Shown piece after piece: positions 26,377 through 38,174 of a stretch of DNA of 64,000 bases. Each line of letters begins with the position of its first letter. The stretch's first letter is position 1. The stretch is from Squalus acanthias (lineage: Eukaryota): assembly GCA_030390025.1 (NCBI GenBank), contig CM059432.1:70000001-70064000 (forward strand), read 5' to 3'. The position numbers were made by a program, and so were the translations under genes. The notes beneath the pieces are model-generated. The model worked only from the letters and a program-made list of their open reading frames with translations, had not been told where the DNA came from and did not search any database.

Positions 26377-27935
26377 GACCGCGATTTTCTCAACGGTGTC
26401 GGGATGGGGGCGGGTCAGCTGGTTTCTGGTTTCCGGGTTCCAGTCCCGCCCCCAGCTGCCTCCGCTCTGCAGACGTGATTTTCCCTTGATTGGCCTTGTT
26501 AAACCCGCTGGCCAATTAACAGGAAGCGGGTTTGATGACGCGTCATCTGCCGGTTTCCTTAAAGGGACCATGAACAATTTTATTTTCACGTTTGATTTTT
26601 CAGTGTTTGACAGCATTGAGGTGCTGAAAACACTGACAATCACTGCACAAAGGTGGACTCTTGCACCCAGGCTCTCCAATGACTCCCTCCAGATGCTTAT
26701 GGAGGGAGTCACAGTACGCAGGAAGGTTCTCTTCCCTTCTAAGGGCAGAAGAGACGTCCCCAGGACACCCAACTTACCTTGCACCTCCACCCAACCCTCT
26801 CTATCTACTTTATCACTTCCCCATCTCACTAGCTACCCCTCACACTCACCCTCATTCTACTGCAAGCATACCAACTAACAACACACAAGGGTGGGCAATT
26901 GAGAGGTTTAGCCAATGTCCATGTGAAGTTTATGGTAATGTGTTGTCATACAGTGAAATCTTGTTTTCAAAAAGTGTCCCTTATTGGACAGATCTGAATG
27001 CACATTGAGAAGTGTCTTACTGAGTTCCAGTGATTGTTCAGTCATAACTTCCCCCCCCCCCCCCGCTCCCCCCTGCCCCGCTATAGTGATGTGTGTGCAT
27101 GGAATGGCTTGGACATTAAAGGGATGCTTCACAGTGCTGGTGTGGGATGGTGTCAACCTGGCGCATCATGTGGCAGCCAGGGTTTACAACATCAAGTGAA
27201 GAAAGTTTGGCCATGGTGATGCCATCGCTGGCCTCCCGGCCAGCAATTTTGACAGGGGCTGATGCCCTGTGTCCAGTGCAGCATCAGGTGATGGCGGCGA
27301 AGGTGATGAGGTTGGTGATGTCGGTGTTGGGGATGATTGTGGAAGGATTCGGAGGACCAAGGTCTGATTGTTTCATTGGCTCCGATGTTGCTGGAATAGT
27401 TGGCAGCTGCAGGTGAGATGACAGAAGCGATCTGTCACTGGTGAGAGAGGTTCTCCCAATGAGGTGGCACTGGACATACAGTTGGATTTAAAAACTTGTA
27501 AGCTAAAGAAATCTGTATATGTATTAAAAATGTAGTAACCAACACTTTCTTTGCTCTGAAACTCACCATATGCAACATGGCATCCTTGACACCACTTCTG
27601 CAGCTGTCATCTTTTCACAAACATCAGACCGGACTCACAACACGCCACACTTGCCTGGCGTGTTGTCCGGATGTCGTAAAACCAAATCCAGAAGCTGGAA
27701 AATCGAAAAAGACCCTGAAAATTGCTCACGAGTACCTGTTAATAGGCAGTTAATTGCCTTTAATCCGTTTCCCGCCTCTAGGTGTCGGGTCCATTCGCAA
27801 ATCGGGGACCCGACACTTGGGAAGGTTGTGTGGAGGCGGGATGACGGCGGGTTCAGAACCCGCCGTCAATCAAAAATACTTTAACCTATGACCCGCCTCC
27901 AAACCCGCCCTCTGAGTGCCGGCAAAATTGCGGCC
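26377..27935 (+). mobile_element. Internally deleted Harbinger element with TSD TAT and a Myb remnant (~26655-26765)
   Basis: TAT|GACCGCGATTTT...AAAATTGCGGCC|TAT. LAPRLSNDSLQMLMEGVTVRRKVLFPSKGRR. Confidence 0.85.
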
Positions 27936-28267
27936 TATGATTCTATGACCATTCGCAACTCCTCAGATAATGAAGCAGTCTCTGCCCGAATGCAGCAAGA
28001 CCTGGACGACATTCAGGCTTGGGCTGATAAGTGGCGAGTAACATTCGCACCACACAAGTGCCAGGCAATGACTATCTCCAACAAGCGAGAGTCTAACCAC
28101 CTCCCCTTGATATTTAATGGCATTACCATCGCCAAATCCCCCACCAACAACATCCTGGGGGGTCACAATTGACCAGAAACTTAACTGGACCAGCCACATA
28201 AATACTGTGGCAAGAAAAGGAGTTGAGAGGTTGGGTATTCTGTGACGAGTGTCTCACCTCCTGACTC

Positions 28268-29694
28268 ACAAGAACATAAGAAATAGGAGCAGGAATAGGC
28301 CACTTGGCCCCTCGAGCCTGCTCCAACATTCAATAAGATCATGGCTGATCTTGGGCTCAAAGCCACTTCCCTGCCCGCTCCCCATAACCCTTCACTCCCT
28401 TACCTTGCAAAAATCTGTCTATCTCCAACTTAAATGTATTTAATGACCCAGCCTCCACAGCTCTCTGGGGCAGAGAATTCCACAGATTTACGACCCTCTG
28501 AGAGATGAAATTCCTCCTCATCTCAGTTCTAAAAGGGCGACCCTTTATTCTGAAACTATGAGCCCGAGTTCTAGATTTCCCCACGAGGGGAAACATCCTC
28601 TCTGCATCTACCATGTCGAGCCCCCTCAGTATCTTATATGTTTCAATAAGATCACCTCTCATTCTTCTAAATTCCAATGAGTATAGGCCCAACCTGCTCA
28701 ACCTTTCTTCATAAGTCAACCCCCGCATCTCAGGAATCAACCGTGTGAATCGTCTCTGAACTGCCTCCAATGCAAGTATATCCTTCCTTAAATAAGGAGA
28801 CCAAAACTGTACGCAGTACTCAAGGTGTGATCTCACCAATACAGTTGTAGCAGGACTTCCCTGCTTTTATACTCCAACCCCCTTGTAATAAAGGCCAATA
28901 TTCCATTTGCCTTTTTGATTACTTGCTGTACCTGCATGCTAACTTTTTGTGTTTCATGCACAAGGACCCCCAGGTCCCTCTGAACTGTAGCATTTTGTAA
29001 TCTCTCTCCATTTAAATAATAATTTGCTTTTTTATTTTTCCTGCCAAAGTGGATAACCTCGCACTTTCCCACATTATACTCCATCTGCCAAATGTTTGCC
29101 CACTCACTTAGCCTGTCTATATCCCTTTGCAGATTCTTTGAGTCCTCTGCACAACTTGCTTTTCCAACCATCTTTGTATCATCCGCAAACTTGGCTACAT
29201 TACACTCAGTCCCTTCATCCAAGTCATTAATGTAGATTTTAAATAGTTGAGGCCCCAGCACTGATCCCTGTGGCACCCCACTAGTTACCGTTTGCCAACC
29301 GAAAAATTACCCATTTATCCCGACTCTTTGCTTTCTGTTAGTTAGCCAATTCTCTATCCATGCTAATATGTTACCCCCAACTCCGTGAGCTCTTATCTTT
29401 GCAGTAACCATTTATGTGGTACCTTATCGAATGCCTTCTAGAAATCTAAATACACAACATCCACTGGCTCACCCTTATCCACCCTGCTCATTACATCCTC
29501 AAAGAACTCCAGCAAATTTGTTAAACATGATTTCCCTTTCATAAAACCATGCTGACTCTGCTTGACTGCATTATGATTTTCCAAATGCCCTGCTACTACT
29601 TCCTTAATGAAGGACTCCAGCATTTTTCCAACGACAGATGTTAGGCTAACTGGTCTATAGTTTCCTGCTTTTGGTCTTCCTCCTTTCTTAAATA
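28268..29694 (-). mobile_element. 5'-truncated CR1 inserted into LINE-B with TSD GACTC
   Basis: Minus ORFs 28357-29731 (RT and C-terminus), (aagaacat)n tail, gactc at 28263-28267 and 29695-29699. Confidence 0.93.
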
Positions 29695-30239
29695 GACTCC
29701 CCAAAGCCTTTCCACTATCTACAAGGCACAAGTAAGGAGTTTGATGGAATACTCTCCACTTGCCTGGATGAGTGCAGCTCCAACAACACTCAAGAAGCTC
29801 GACACAATCCAGGACAAAGCAGCCCGCTTGATTGGCACCCCATCCACCACCTTAAACATTCACTCCCTCCACCATCGGAGCACCATGGCTGTATTGTGTA
29901 CCATCTACAAGATGCACTGCAGCAACTCACCAAGGCTTCTTCGGCAGCATCTCCCAATTCCACGACCTCTACCACCTAGAAGGACAAGGGCAGCAGGCGC
30001 ATGGGAACACCATCACCTGCACGTTCCCCTCCGAGGTACACACCATCCTGACTTGGAAATATATCACCATTCCTTCATCGTCGCTGGGTTAAGATCCTGG
30101 AACTCCCTCCCTAACAGCACTGTGGGAGTACCTTCACCACACGACTGCTGCTCACCACCACCTTCTCAAGGGCAAATAGGGATGGGCAATAAATACTGGT
30201 GACGCCCACATCCCAGGAACTAATAAAAAAACATAATTA

Positions 30240-32448
30240 GAATAATTGAGAAGGACATAAGTATGACGAAGACCAGGGTAATATATTGGAGAAAAGCCAA
30301 TTTTGGGGGCCTGAGAATAGAACTTTGGAAAATAAAATGGACAACAATATTGACAAACAATGATGTGGAACAGCAATGGGAAACATTTCAACAGTGTTCA
30401 ACAGAGTCCAGGAAAAATATATTTCACTAAAAAACGAGAACATGCTAAACACTAATGGGAAACCATGGATGAATAAAGACATAAGGGAAAAATTGAGGGT
30501 AAGGAAAGCGGCATACACTAAGTGCATGGACAGCAGAGGAGAGAATATGAAAAGATTAGGAAAGATGTCAAAGAAACAATTAGGAATGCAAAGAGGAACT
30601 ATGAAACTAAATTATTAAGGAACATGAAACAAAATAGTAAAATATTCTACAGGCACATAAATAAAAAAAAGGAAAGTCGTGATGGGAATAGGGCCACTAA
30701 AGGACGGTCAGGATAAAAATCACAGGCAGCGATAGCGAAATGGCAGAAACATTAAATAATTACTTTGCTTCAGTATTTACCAGGGAGACAGATAAGGTGG
30801 ACATGACATCGGAAGATGAGATTAGAAATAATATAACCGCAGTTAAAATAAGAAGAGGAGCAATATTAAATAAACTAATCCAACTCAAAGAGGATAAAAT
30901 CCCTGGTCCGGACGGATTATATCCACGCATTTTGAAAGAATCTAGGGAAGAGATAGCAGAGGCACTATTACACATATTTAATAATTCGTTCGAAAAAGGT
31001 GTAGTGCTGGAGGACTGGCAGATAGCTAGCATAATACCTATATTTAAGAAGGGAGATAGAACATGTCCAGGCAACTATAGACCAGTCAGCTTAACATCGG
31101 TGGTAGGAAAGATAATGGAATCCCTACTAAAGGTAAAATTAGAAGAGCATCTAGAAATCAAAAATGTAATAATGAATAGTCAGCATGGATTTCAAAAGGG
31201 AAAGTCTTGCTTGACCAACCTCATTGAATTCTTTGAAGAGGTAACAGAGAGAGTAGACAGGGTAATGGAGTAGATGTAATTTATCTAGATTTCTAAAAGG
31301 CCTTCGATAAGGTACCACATAGTAGACTGATGAATAAGGTCAGAGCATGTGGAGTCAGGGGACAAGTAGCAGAATGGATGGCTAGCTGGCATCAAGACAA
31401 AAAGCAGAGAGTAGGGGTAAAGGGTAGCTATTCAGAGTGGCAGAAGATGGAAAGTGGGGTCCCACAAGGATCAGTGCTGGGACCAATGTTGTTCACAATT
31501 TATATTAAAGATTTAGACTTTGGAATCAAAAACACAATTTCTAAATTTGCGGATAATGCCATATTGGGGGGGATAGTTAATACTGAGGAGGACTGCAACA
31601 AATTACAAGACGACATTAATAAACTTGCAGAATGGGCATATAATTGGCAAATGAATGTCAACATAGATAAATGTGAGGTATTACATTTTGGTAAGAATAA
31701 TAATGAGGTCACATATTACTTTGAAAATAAGAATCCAAATGGGGTACAAGAGCAAAGGGATCTCAGAGTACAAATACACAAATCACTAAAAGTAGCGATG
31801 CAGGTTAATAAGGCCATAAAAAAGCAAACCAAGCACTACGATTTATTTCTAGAGGGGTAGAATTGAAAAGTAGAGAAATTATGCTGAACTTGTATCGAAC
31901 CTTGGTTAGACCACACTTGAAGTACTGTGTACAATTCTGGTCACCATATTATAAAAAGGATACAGAGGCACTTGAGAGGGTGCAAAAAAGATTTACAAGG
32001 ATACCAGAAATGTGAGGTTATACCTATCAGGAAAGGAGAACAGGCTCCTGGGTCTCTTTTCTCTTGAAAAGAGAAGGCTGAGGGGTGACTGAATAGAGGT
32101 TTTTAAAATTATGAAAGGTTTTGACAGAGTAGACAGAGTGTTTCCACTTGTGGGGAAGAGCTAAACTAGATGCCATCAATATAAGATAATCACCAAGAAA
32201 TCAAATAGGGAATTCAGAAGAAACTTCTTTACCCAGAGAGTGGTGAGAATGTGAAACTCGCTACCACAGGGAGTGGCTGAAGTGAATAGTATAGATACAT
32301 TTAAGGGGAGGCTAGATAAGCATATGAGGGAGAAGGGAATAGAGGGTTATGCTGATAGTGTTAGATGAGGAGACGTGAGGAGAGCATAAATGCCAGCATG
32401 GACTGGTTGGGCCAAATGGCCTGTTTCTGTGCTGTATATCCTATGTAA
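30240..32448 (+). mobile_element. CR1 LINE, most of ORF2 plus 3' end, decayed
   Basis: ORFs 30740-31273 and 31330-31860 with PGPDG, NYRPVSLTS, QHGF, SGVPQGSVLGP, SKFAD. Stops and frameshifts present. Confidence 0.93.
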
Positions 32449-33467
32449 ATATTTTAAGTTAGTTATTAAAACTTTAAATTACCAAATATTGTATCAAAAT
32501 CATAATCCATTTTTAAGATTATCAGTTTGAAGTAGAATTTGGAATCTACTTCTATCTGCTTTGTTTGCAAATGGCACTGAGCTCCATATTTTGTCAAGAA
32601 TTCCTTGCTCTGTATTTAGGTACAATTTGAGTTGAATACTACAAAGAATGAGAGGAATTTGACCTTAGTTTTATTAAAATTGCAGCCTAATCAGCTGAGT
32701 GTTTCATAATGAATTACTGAAGATTTTATCATCCACTATTGCATACAGACTGTTACCTTTTCATGTGTTTTTCTTGTAGTTAAACATCCAATGATCTTCA
32801 AAAACAATCTGCATTTCATATCCCCCATTTTAAATTATTTTCTCCTCTCCTCCTTATGACCAACCTCCAGACCAAGAAGATGGATAGACATCAAGCTTCC
32901 TGACCGTTGCATTGCAGCAAATAAGCTGATTGTTAAGAGATGAGTGATAAACTCAGATCACTCAGTGCCAGCTTTTTCCTCATAGAAAGCCCTTCACAGG
33001 TGAGAATCTTTGACTAACAGTCCACAGTGCAATTCCTAATGGCAATAGACTGTTAATGTCAACCCACGCCTTTCAATAATCCAAGGCCTCTGTTTTACTA
33101 AATACCATGGGGGAGAAATTCAGTATCGCCCCATTTGGGGCGCAATTATCGGCCGGGCGCAAAGATTAGCGCCTGGCACTAATTATCGCCTCCGACTGCA
33201 AACTTGACTTTTATCGCCCCTGGAGGAGATTGGAGCGCTAAATCAGGCGCTACACATCTGTCTTAAGGCACAAAGGCCGAGGAGCGAGGTGCTAACTCAG
33301 AGCGCGGGCGCAGCGCAGGTGCTGTCAGTTAGCGATGGAACACAGACACACTGGCGCTGGACAGTTCTTAAAGGGGATGGTCGATCTTGCAATCCAGCCA
33401 CACCCTACTCATTGGAGCTGCATCTCGGCCTGGAGAGACCTGTGCCTAAATCTTCCAGCCAAGGACT

Positions 33468-35218
33468 ATGGAGAGGGTCTGAGAACGAGCTCAGTGCTTC
33501 AGCGAGCGGGCCTTGGATGCTCTGGTTGGCGCGGTGGAGTGCAGAAAATCTCTACTCTTCCCTGAGAGTGGCAGGAGGCCTTTGCCGCGCGAGTACAGAA
33601 GAGTGTGGAGGGAGGTGGCTCAGAGCGTCTCCTCCAGGAGCATGGTGCCCAGGACCTATACTCAATGTCGAAAAAAGTTCAACGACCTCACTCGGGTCGT
33701 CAGGGTGAGTAGCTTTTTTTCAATACCTCCTCATCCCTCCATCTCAACCTCACTCTATGGCCAGAGGGTCTGAAAACCCCAATGCCCAACACTCATCCAA
33801 CACCTATGGCCCTCTCATGAAACACACACGCACATTCCACACTTTGCATACAGTAAGGGCTATTCATCTATGGGAGGCACATCAGGCAAGACCATGGCTG
33901 CATACAGTAAGGGCTATTCACCTATGGGAAGCACATCAGGCAAGACCATGGCTGTATATTTACTCAGACGCCGTCCTTTTTCTTGCAGGCCAAGCTATCT
34001 CATAATAGGAGACAGCAGCAACGGACAGGTGGAGGGCGGCCTGAGCTGCAACCCCTCAGCGATCTTGAGGCGCGTGTCCACAGGATTGTGGCAAGCCGGG
34101 TGATCGGTCCCGTCGCCACTGGAGACGCCGACCCCGTTCTGGACAGCAATGGTAAGGTCATCACCTTTTTGTCCTCTCTCCTACCACTTGTCCCTCACAA
34201 CACCAGCCTTTGACACTTTCAATCCAACTTACTAAATCGCTGCACTCATTCCTCCCTTACTGCCCCCCTGTCCTCACGCTAAAGCCACTCTTGTACCTCC
34301 CTGCTTTCAGATGGTGATTCACCAGCTGAGGAGACGGACCATCAAGCTGCCAGTGGGAGTGAAGCTGCAGTCGAGGAGGAAGATGAAGGCGGAGCATCAG
34401 CGCCACCCTCTCCTGAGGAAGCCCATGCCCACACTGGGAACACGCCTTCCCTGGAGGGGAGCAGGGGGGAAGGGTCTGATGAGGGTGAAGCTCCAGGACC
34501 CAGCAGGCTGCAGCAACGCGATGGGGGTAGGGAAGCTCGGGGGCCTTCTCCCCGGAGGGAGAGTAGGCCAGCGAGTCCTACTGCACTGGACGCAGAGGAG
34601 GAGCTGCTCATCGCCGAAATGAACACCCAGGCGGTGGACATGCACACTGAGCTCATGGGTGCAGTGGGAAGGGTGCCCGAATGCATTGAATCACTGGCAA
34701 GGAGTGTGGAGCACTTCGCTGTAGCACAGGTGGATGCCACGCTAAAGCTTAGTGCTGCAATTCAGTCACTGGCTGCCGTGACCCCTTCTCTGACAGCTCT
34801 CATGCAGACTCTGATTGAGGCCACGTGATCACTGACTGCTGCCATCCTCGCTAGTTCGGACACATTTCCCCGGGGCTCTCACCGCGCCGCAGCAGGCCAG
34901 CAATCTGTGGTCCAGCAGATTGCTCCGGATGCTGAAGTGCTGCCCCGTGGGAGAGCCAGTGTGTCGGTCGAGCAAGGAGTTGCTGTCCTCTCTCAAGATG
35001 ACAGCATTCCTGCTGCCAGCACTGTCACTTCTCCACTGCACTTGCCACCGCCTGTAGGACAGACTGCTGCCGCCCATGCAGAGTTGGTGCAGTCTGCAGC
35101 CGGGCCCTCCAGGCCCAGAGCTGGTCGAGGCCGTCCTTCAAGGGCATCTGCAGTCTCAGGTTCTGACAATCAGCAGCCTTGCTGCAGCCACTGGGGTCCC
35201 ATTATGGAGGAGCAGTAG
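33468..35218 (+). pseudogene. Harbinger Myb/SANT-like gene; exons 33468-33704, 33989-34151 and 34311-35218
   Basis: The spliced frame reads MERV*ERAQCFSERALDALV...RTYTQCRKKFNDLTRVVR|AKLSHNRRQQQRTGGG...|DGDSPAEE... GT-AG introns keep frame. In-frame TGA at 33480 and 34826. Confidence 0.87.
33846..33954 (+). repeat. Tandem duplication, 2 copies of 54 bp, in Myb intron 1
   Basis: gcatacagtaagggctattca.ctatggga.gcacatcaggcaagaccatggct at 33846 and 33900. Confidence 0.95.
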
Positions 35219-35587
35219 GGTGGGAAGGGGGAAAGTGCGCAAGGGAAGGAGATCACCCTCGAAGGGAAAAAAGTAGGAGGTGTGACAAAATGTTGGTCAT
35301 TTTTTTATTAAAGGCCAAGGTTCGTGGTCAAACTTTTGTTTAGTGTTTTGGACATTATCTCCAGGTTGTGAGAACCAGTTATGTTAATGACTGTTTTTTT
35401 GTGTTTCTTTCTATTAGTTTGTCATGAAGAAATGACACACACAGAGTTTGTAAAATAAAAAAGTTTTTGTATTCAAAATGTACATGTTTGGTCTTTGGAA
35501 TCATTGTTGCCTTGGCCAGCTTAGGGGTTGCGGGTTGGTTTCATTCATGTTGTTCTCAATGGCAGAAGCCATTTCCTCAGCAGGGGC

Positions 35588-36734
35588 CTAGAAGCGGCTT
35601 GCTATCAGACGTTGACGGACGGCCCTTCCAGTTTCTACATTGTGGGCCTCCCTCCCGCCTTGGTGCTGCTGCTGATCATCCTCCTCCTCTTCCTCCTCCT
35701 CCTCTGGTTTTGCTCCAAGGCCTGGTGGCATTGGCTGGGTCCTGAGGACTGCCAGGTTATGCAGCATGTAGCACACAACTACGAAGAGGGAGACTCGCTC
35801 AGGCGAGTACTGCAGGGCTCCTCCTGAGTGGTCCAGACAGCGGAACCGTTGCTTCAGCACGCCGATTGTGTGATCAACGATGTTTCTGGTAGCGAGATGG
35901 CTCTCGTTGTACCGCAGCTCAGCAGGGGTGTTGGGCGTACGGAGCGGTGTCATCAGCCAGGTGCACAATGGATATCCCTTGTCCCCGAGAAGCTAACCAA
36001 CTGGCTGATGCGGTGCCTGGAAAAGTTCTGCCACAGTAGTCTGGCGCAGGATGAATGCATCGTGGCAGCTGCCAGGATAGTGGGCATTGACAGCGAGTAT
36101 CAGCTGTCTGTGGTCACAGACCAACTGAACGTTTAAGGAATGGAACCCCTTTCTGTTGCGGAAATCCTCGGCATTCTCATGCGGAGCACGCAAAGCCACA
36201 TGCGTGCAGTCAATGGCGCCCTGCACCATGGGGAAGCCTGCTATCCTAGCAAAGCCCATTGCGCGTTCTTGCTGCTTGTCCGGGGTCATGGGGAAAGAGA
36301 TGTACTCTCGTCTCCTTTTATAGAGGGCATTTGTGACCTGACAGATGCAGCAATGCACCGCGAACTGGGAGATATTGGCGATGTCCCCAGTAGCTGATTG
36401 AAATGAGTCAGTGGCATAAAAGTTCAGAGCCACTGTGATCTTCACTGCCACCGACAAAGACGTCCTGGACATCAGTTGAGGCTGAAGATCTGGCTGCAGC
36501 AGGTGGCAGAGCTCAGTGACCACCTCCTTGCTGAAGTGCAGCCTTCGCAAACACTGCTCCTCAGACATGAATGTAGGAGAACTGTTGGCGAAATACCCTG
36601 GGAGGGTAAGGTCTCCTGTACAGAGGCCTGTTGGCCCTCCTCCATCTGGCCATGATTGCCACTCTCTCTCTGCGTCTCTGTGTCCTCCGATTCTGGTGGC
36701 GCAGGACGACGCCCCCGATCAGTGTAGCCCCCAA
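35588..36734 (-). pseudogene. HARBI1-like DDE transposase, two frameshifts
   Basis: [76 protein letters not shown] and an acidic tail. Confidence 0.92.
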
Positions 36735-37259
36735 AGTCTCTTGGCAATCAAAGTTATGAAGGTCAAAAAACAAAGTACCTGCAAAGTTATGATCAGTAGC
36801 CAAACCTACCTCACACAGCGTTGACTCAATGCAGAAGTCTCTCTTTCTCTCTCTCCGAATCTCTCTCTCTCAGAACGAGTGGTGCAAAAATGTCTACCAC
36901 AGAGAAAGACAGGAAGAAGCCCCCTTTAAATAGCGCCCCCCCCCCAGCCCCACAGCGACTGGGGAGCGTTCCAGTCTTCCTGTCGTTGGTTGCGCCAGGC
37001 GGAAAGGATGGGGGCGCCACTCAATTTCCGCTCCGGGGCGCCACAAGGGCGTTGCACCCTCGTATGACGTCAAGATCTGCGTGCGCAGGAGATTGGGGCG
37101 GTATTGTTTAGCGCTGTCGCAAAATGTCTAGTTAATTTCACGAGCGGCGCAAACATTGCCGCGCCCGAGCGCTAGTTGCTTTGCGCCCCATTAGCGCCCT
37201 CTTAAGGCGCTAACGGGATGCGCAACCAACTGAATTTTTCCCCCTATAACTTCAAGGCT

Positions 37260-37570
37260 CCTCCAGTGCCTCAGTTGATAAATCCACGCTGCAGTCTGAA
37301 ACTGAGCTATATAGATCAGGAAGGTCCCAGATTTGTTTGTTCATCTCTGCTGAGTTAACTGAGGCAGCTGTATAAGGATTACAATTGAATTCAGCACCTC
37401 GGTCAAGAGAGGGGAAAGAAATCAGCAGTGGTCCTCAACTTGTGACTCCTGCTGGAAATTGCAACTGTGTAAACACTGGGTGAGGACAGGATCAGACTCA
37501 GCCATCAAGCCCCTACAATTGAATGGCCTGCAGACATGTCTAAGCTCAAACATAAAGAGTGGCCTCTTGG
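37260..37570 (+). repeat. Old SINE-like dispersed repeat (family also at 45050, 53380, 57520)
   Basis: Shared blocks ctgagct/gcc.tac..ggaa.gt.cca, tgagtta.ct.a, ttacaatt, gagagggaaa, ctcctgctggaaat, gg.tgaggac. Confidence 0.55.
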
Positions 37571-38174
37571 TGAAGTAGCAGAGAGTGTCTGGCACCCATG
37601 GAACCTTATAACAGTGCTTTCAGGAGAGTGGTGCAAAAATCTTGTGGAAAAAAGAATACAGTAACTTCTGTTCCAGGATGATTGCTTAAATATTAATTTG
37701 CATGAGTACCAAAGGTACCTTTTCTGGCAGCATGACCCATTAATACTTAGCAATAATTGCTGCAAATATGATTGAGTGGTAACTTTTTAAAACAATATAT
37801 TTTTGTTCTAGTGAGTCAAACAGAAATTGGAATGAATTAATCCTTTTCCTTTACCATGTTTTAGATACAGGTACATGTTCAGTGCCTGTCAATATCTGAC
37901 TCCACAGTGTACTCCCAGTTATATCTTGTCATTGTACCGGACTCTGGCTGACTCCTGATAGGGCAAAGAACTGTCACATTTGCTGAACTCATATCCAAAA
38001 ACTTTTTGGTTTTAAAAAATAGAAACATCTATCTGTATAAAGTGTTGAGAATGTCCATCACACTTCAAAGTGTCAAAAGTATTTAAAGAAGAGAAAGAAA
38101 GGTAGTTATTTAATTTTTCTTTCCTGACTTGGAGCCAGAAATTTGCAAGCACCTTTCAATCGGCAAACTTCCTT

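Larger units (their letters stand above)
25585..30230 (+). mobile_element. LINE-B 3' fragment split into three pieces (25585-25620, 27949-28267, 29695-30230) by nested insertions
   Basis: The pieces rejoin to match 1362-2236. Duplications ccattcgcaactc and gactc mark the breakpoints. Confidence 0.88.
33109..37244. mobile_element. Full-length PIF/Harbinger DNA transposon (about 4.1 kb) with convergent Myb-like and transposase genes
   Basis: TIRs GGGGGAGAAATTCAGT and ACTGAATTTTTCCCCC, flanked by CAT and TAT. Both genes present. Confidence 0.92.
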
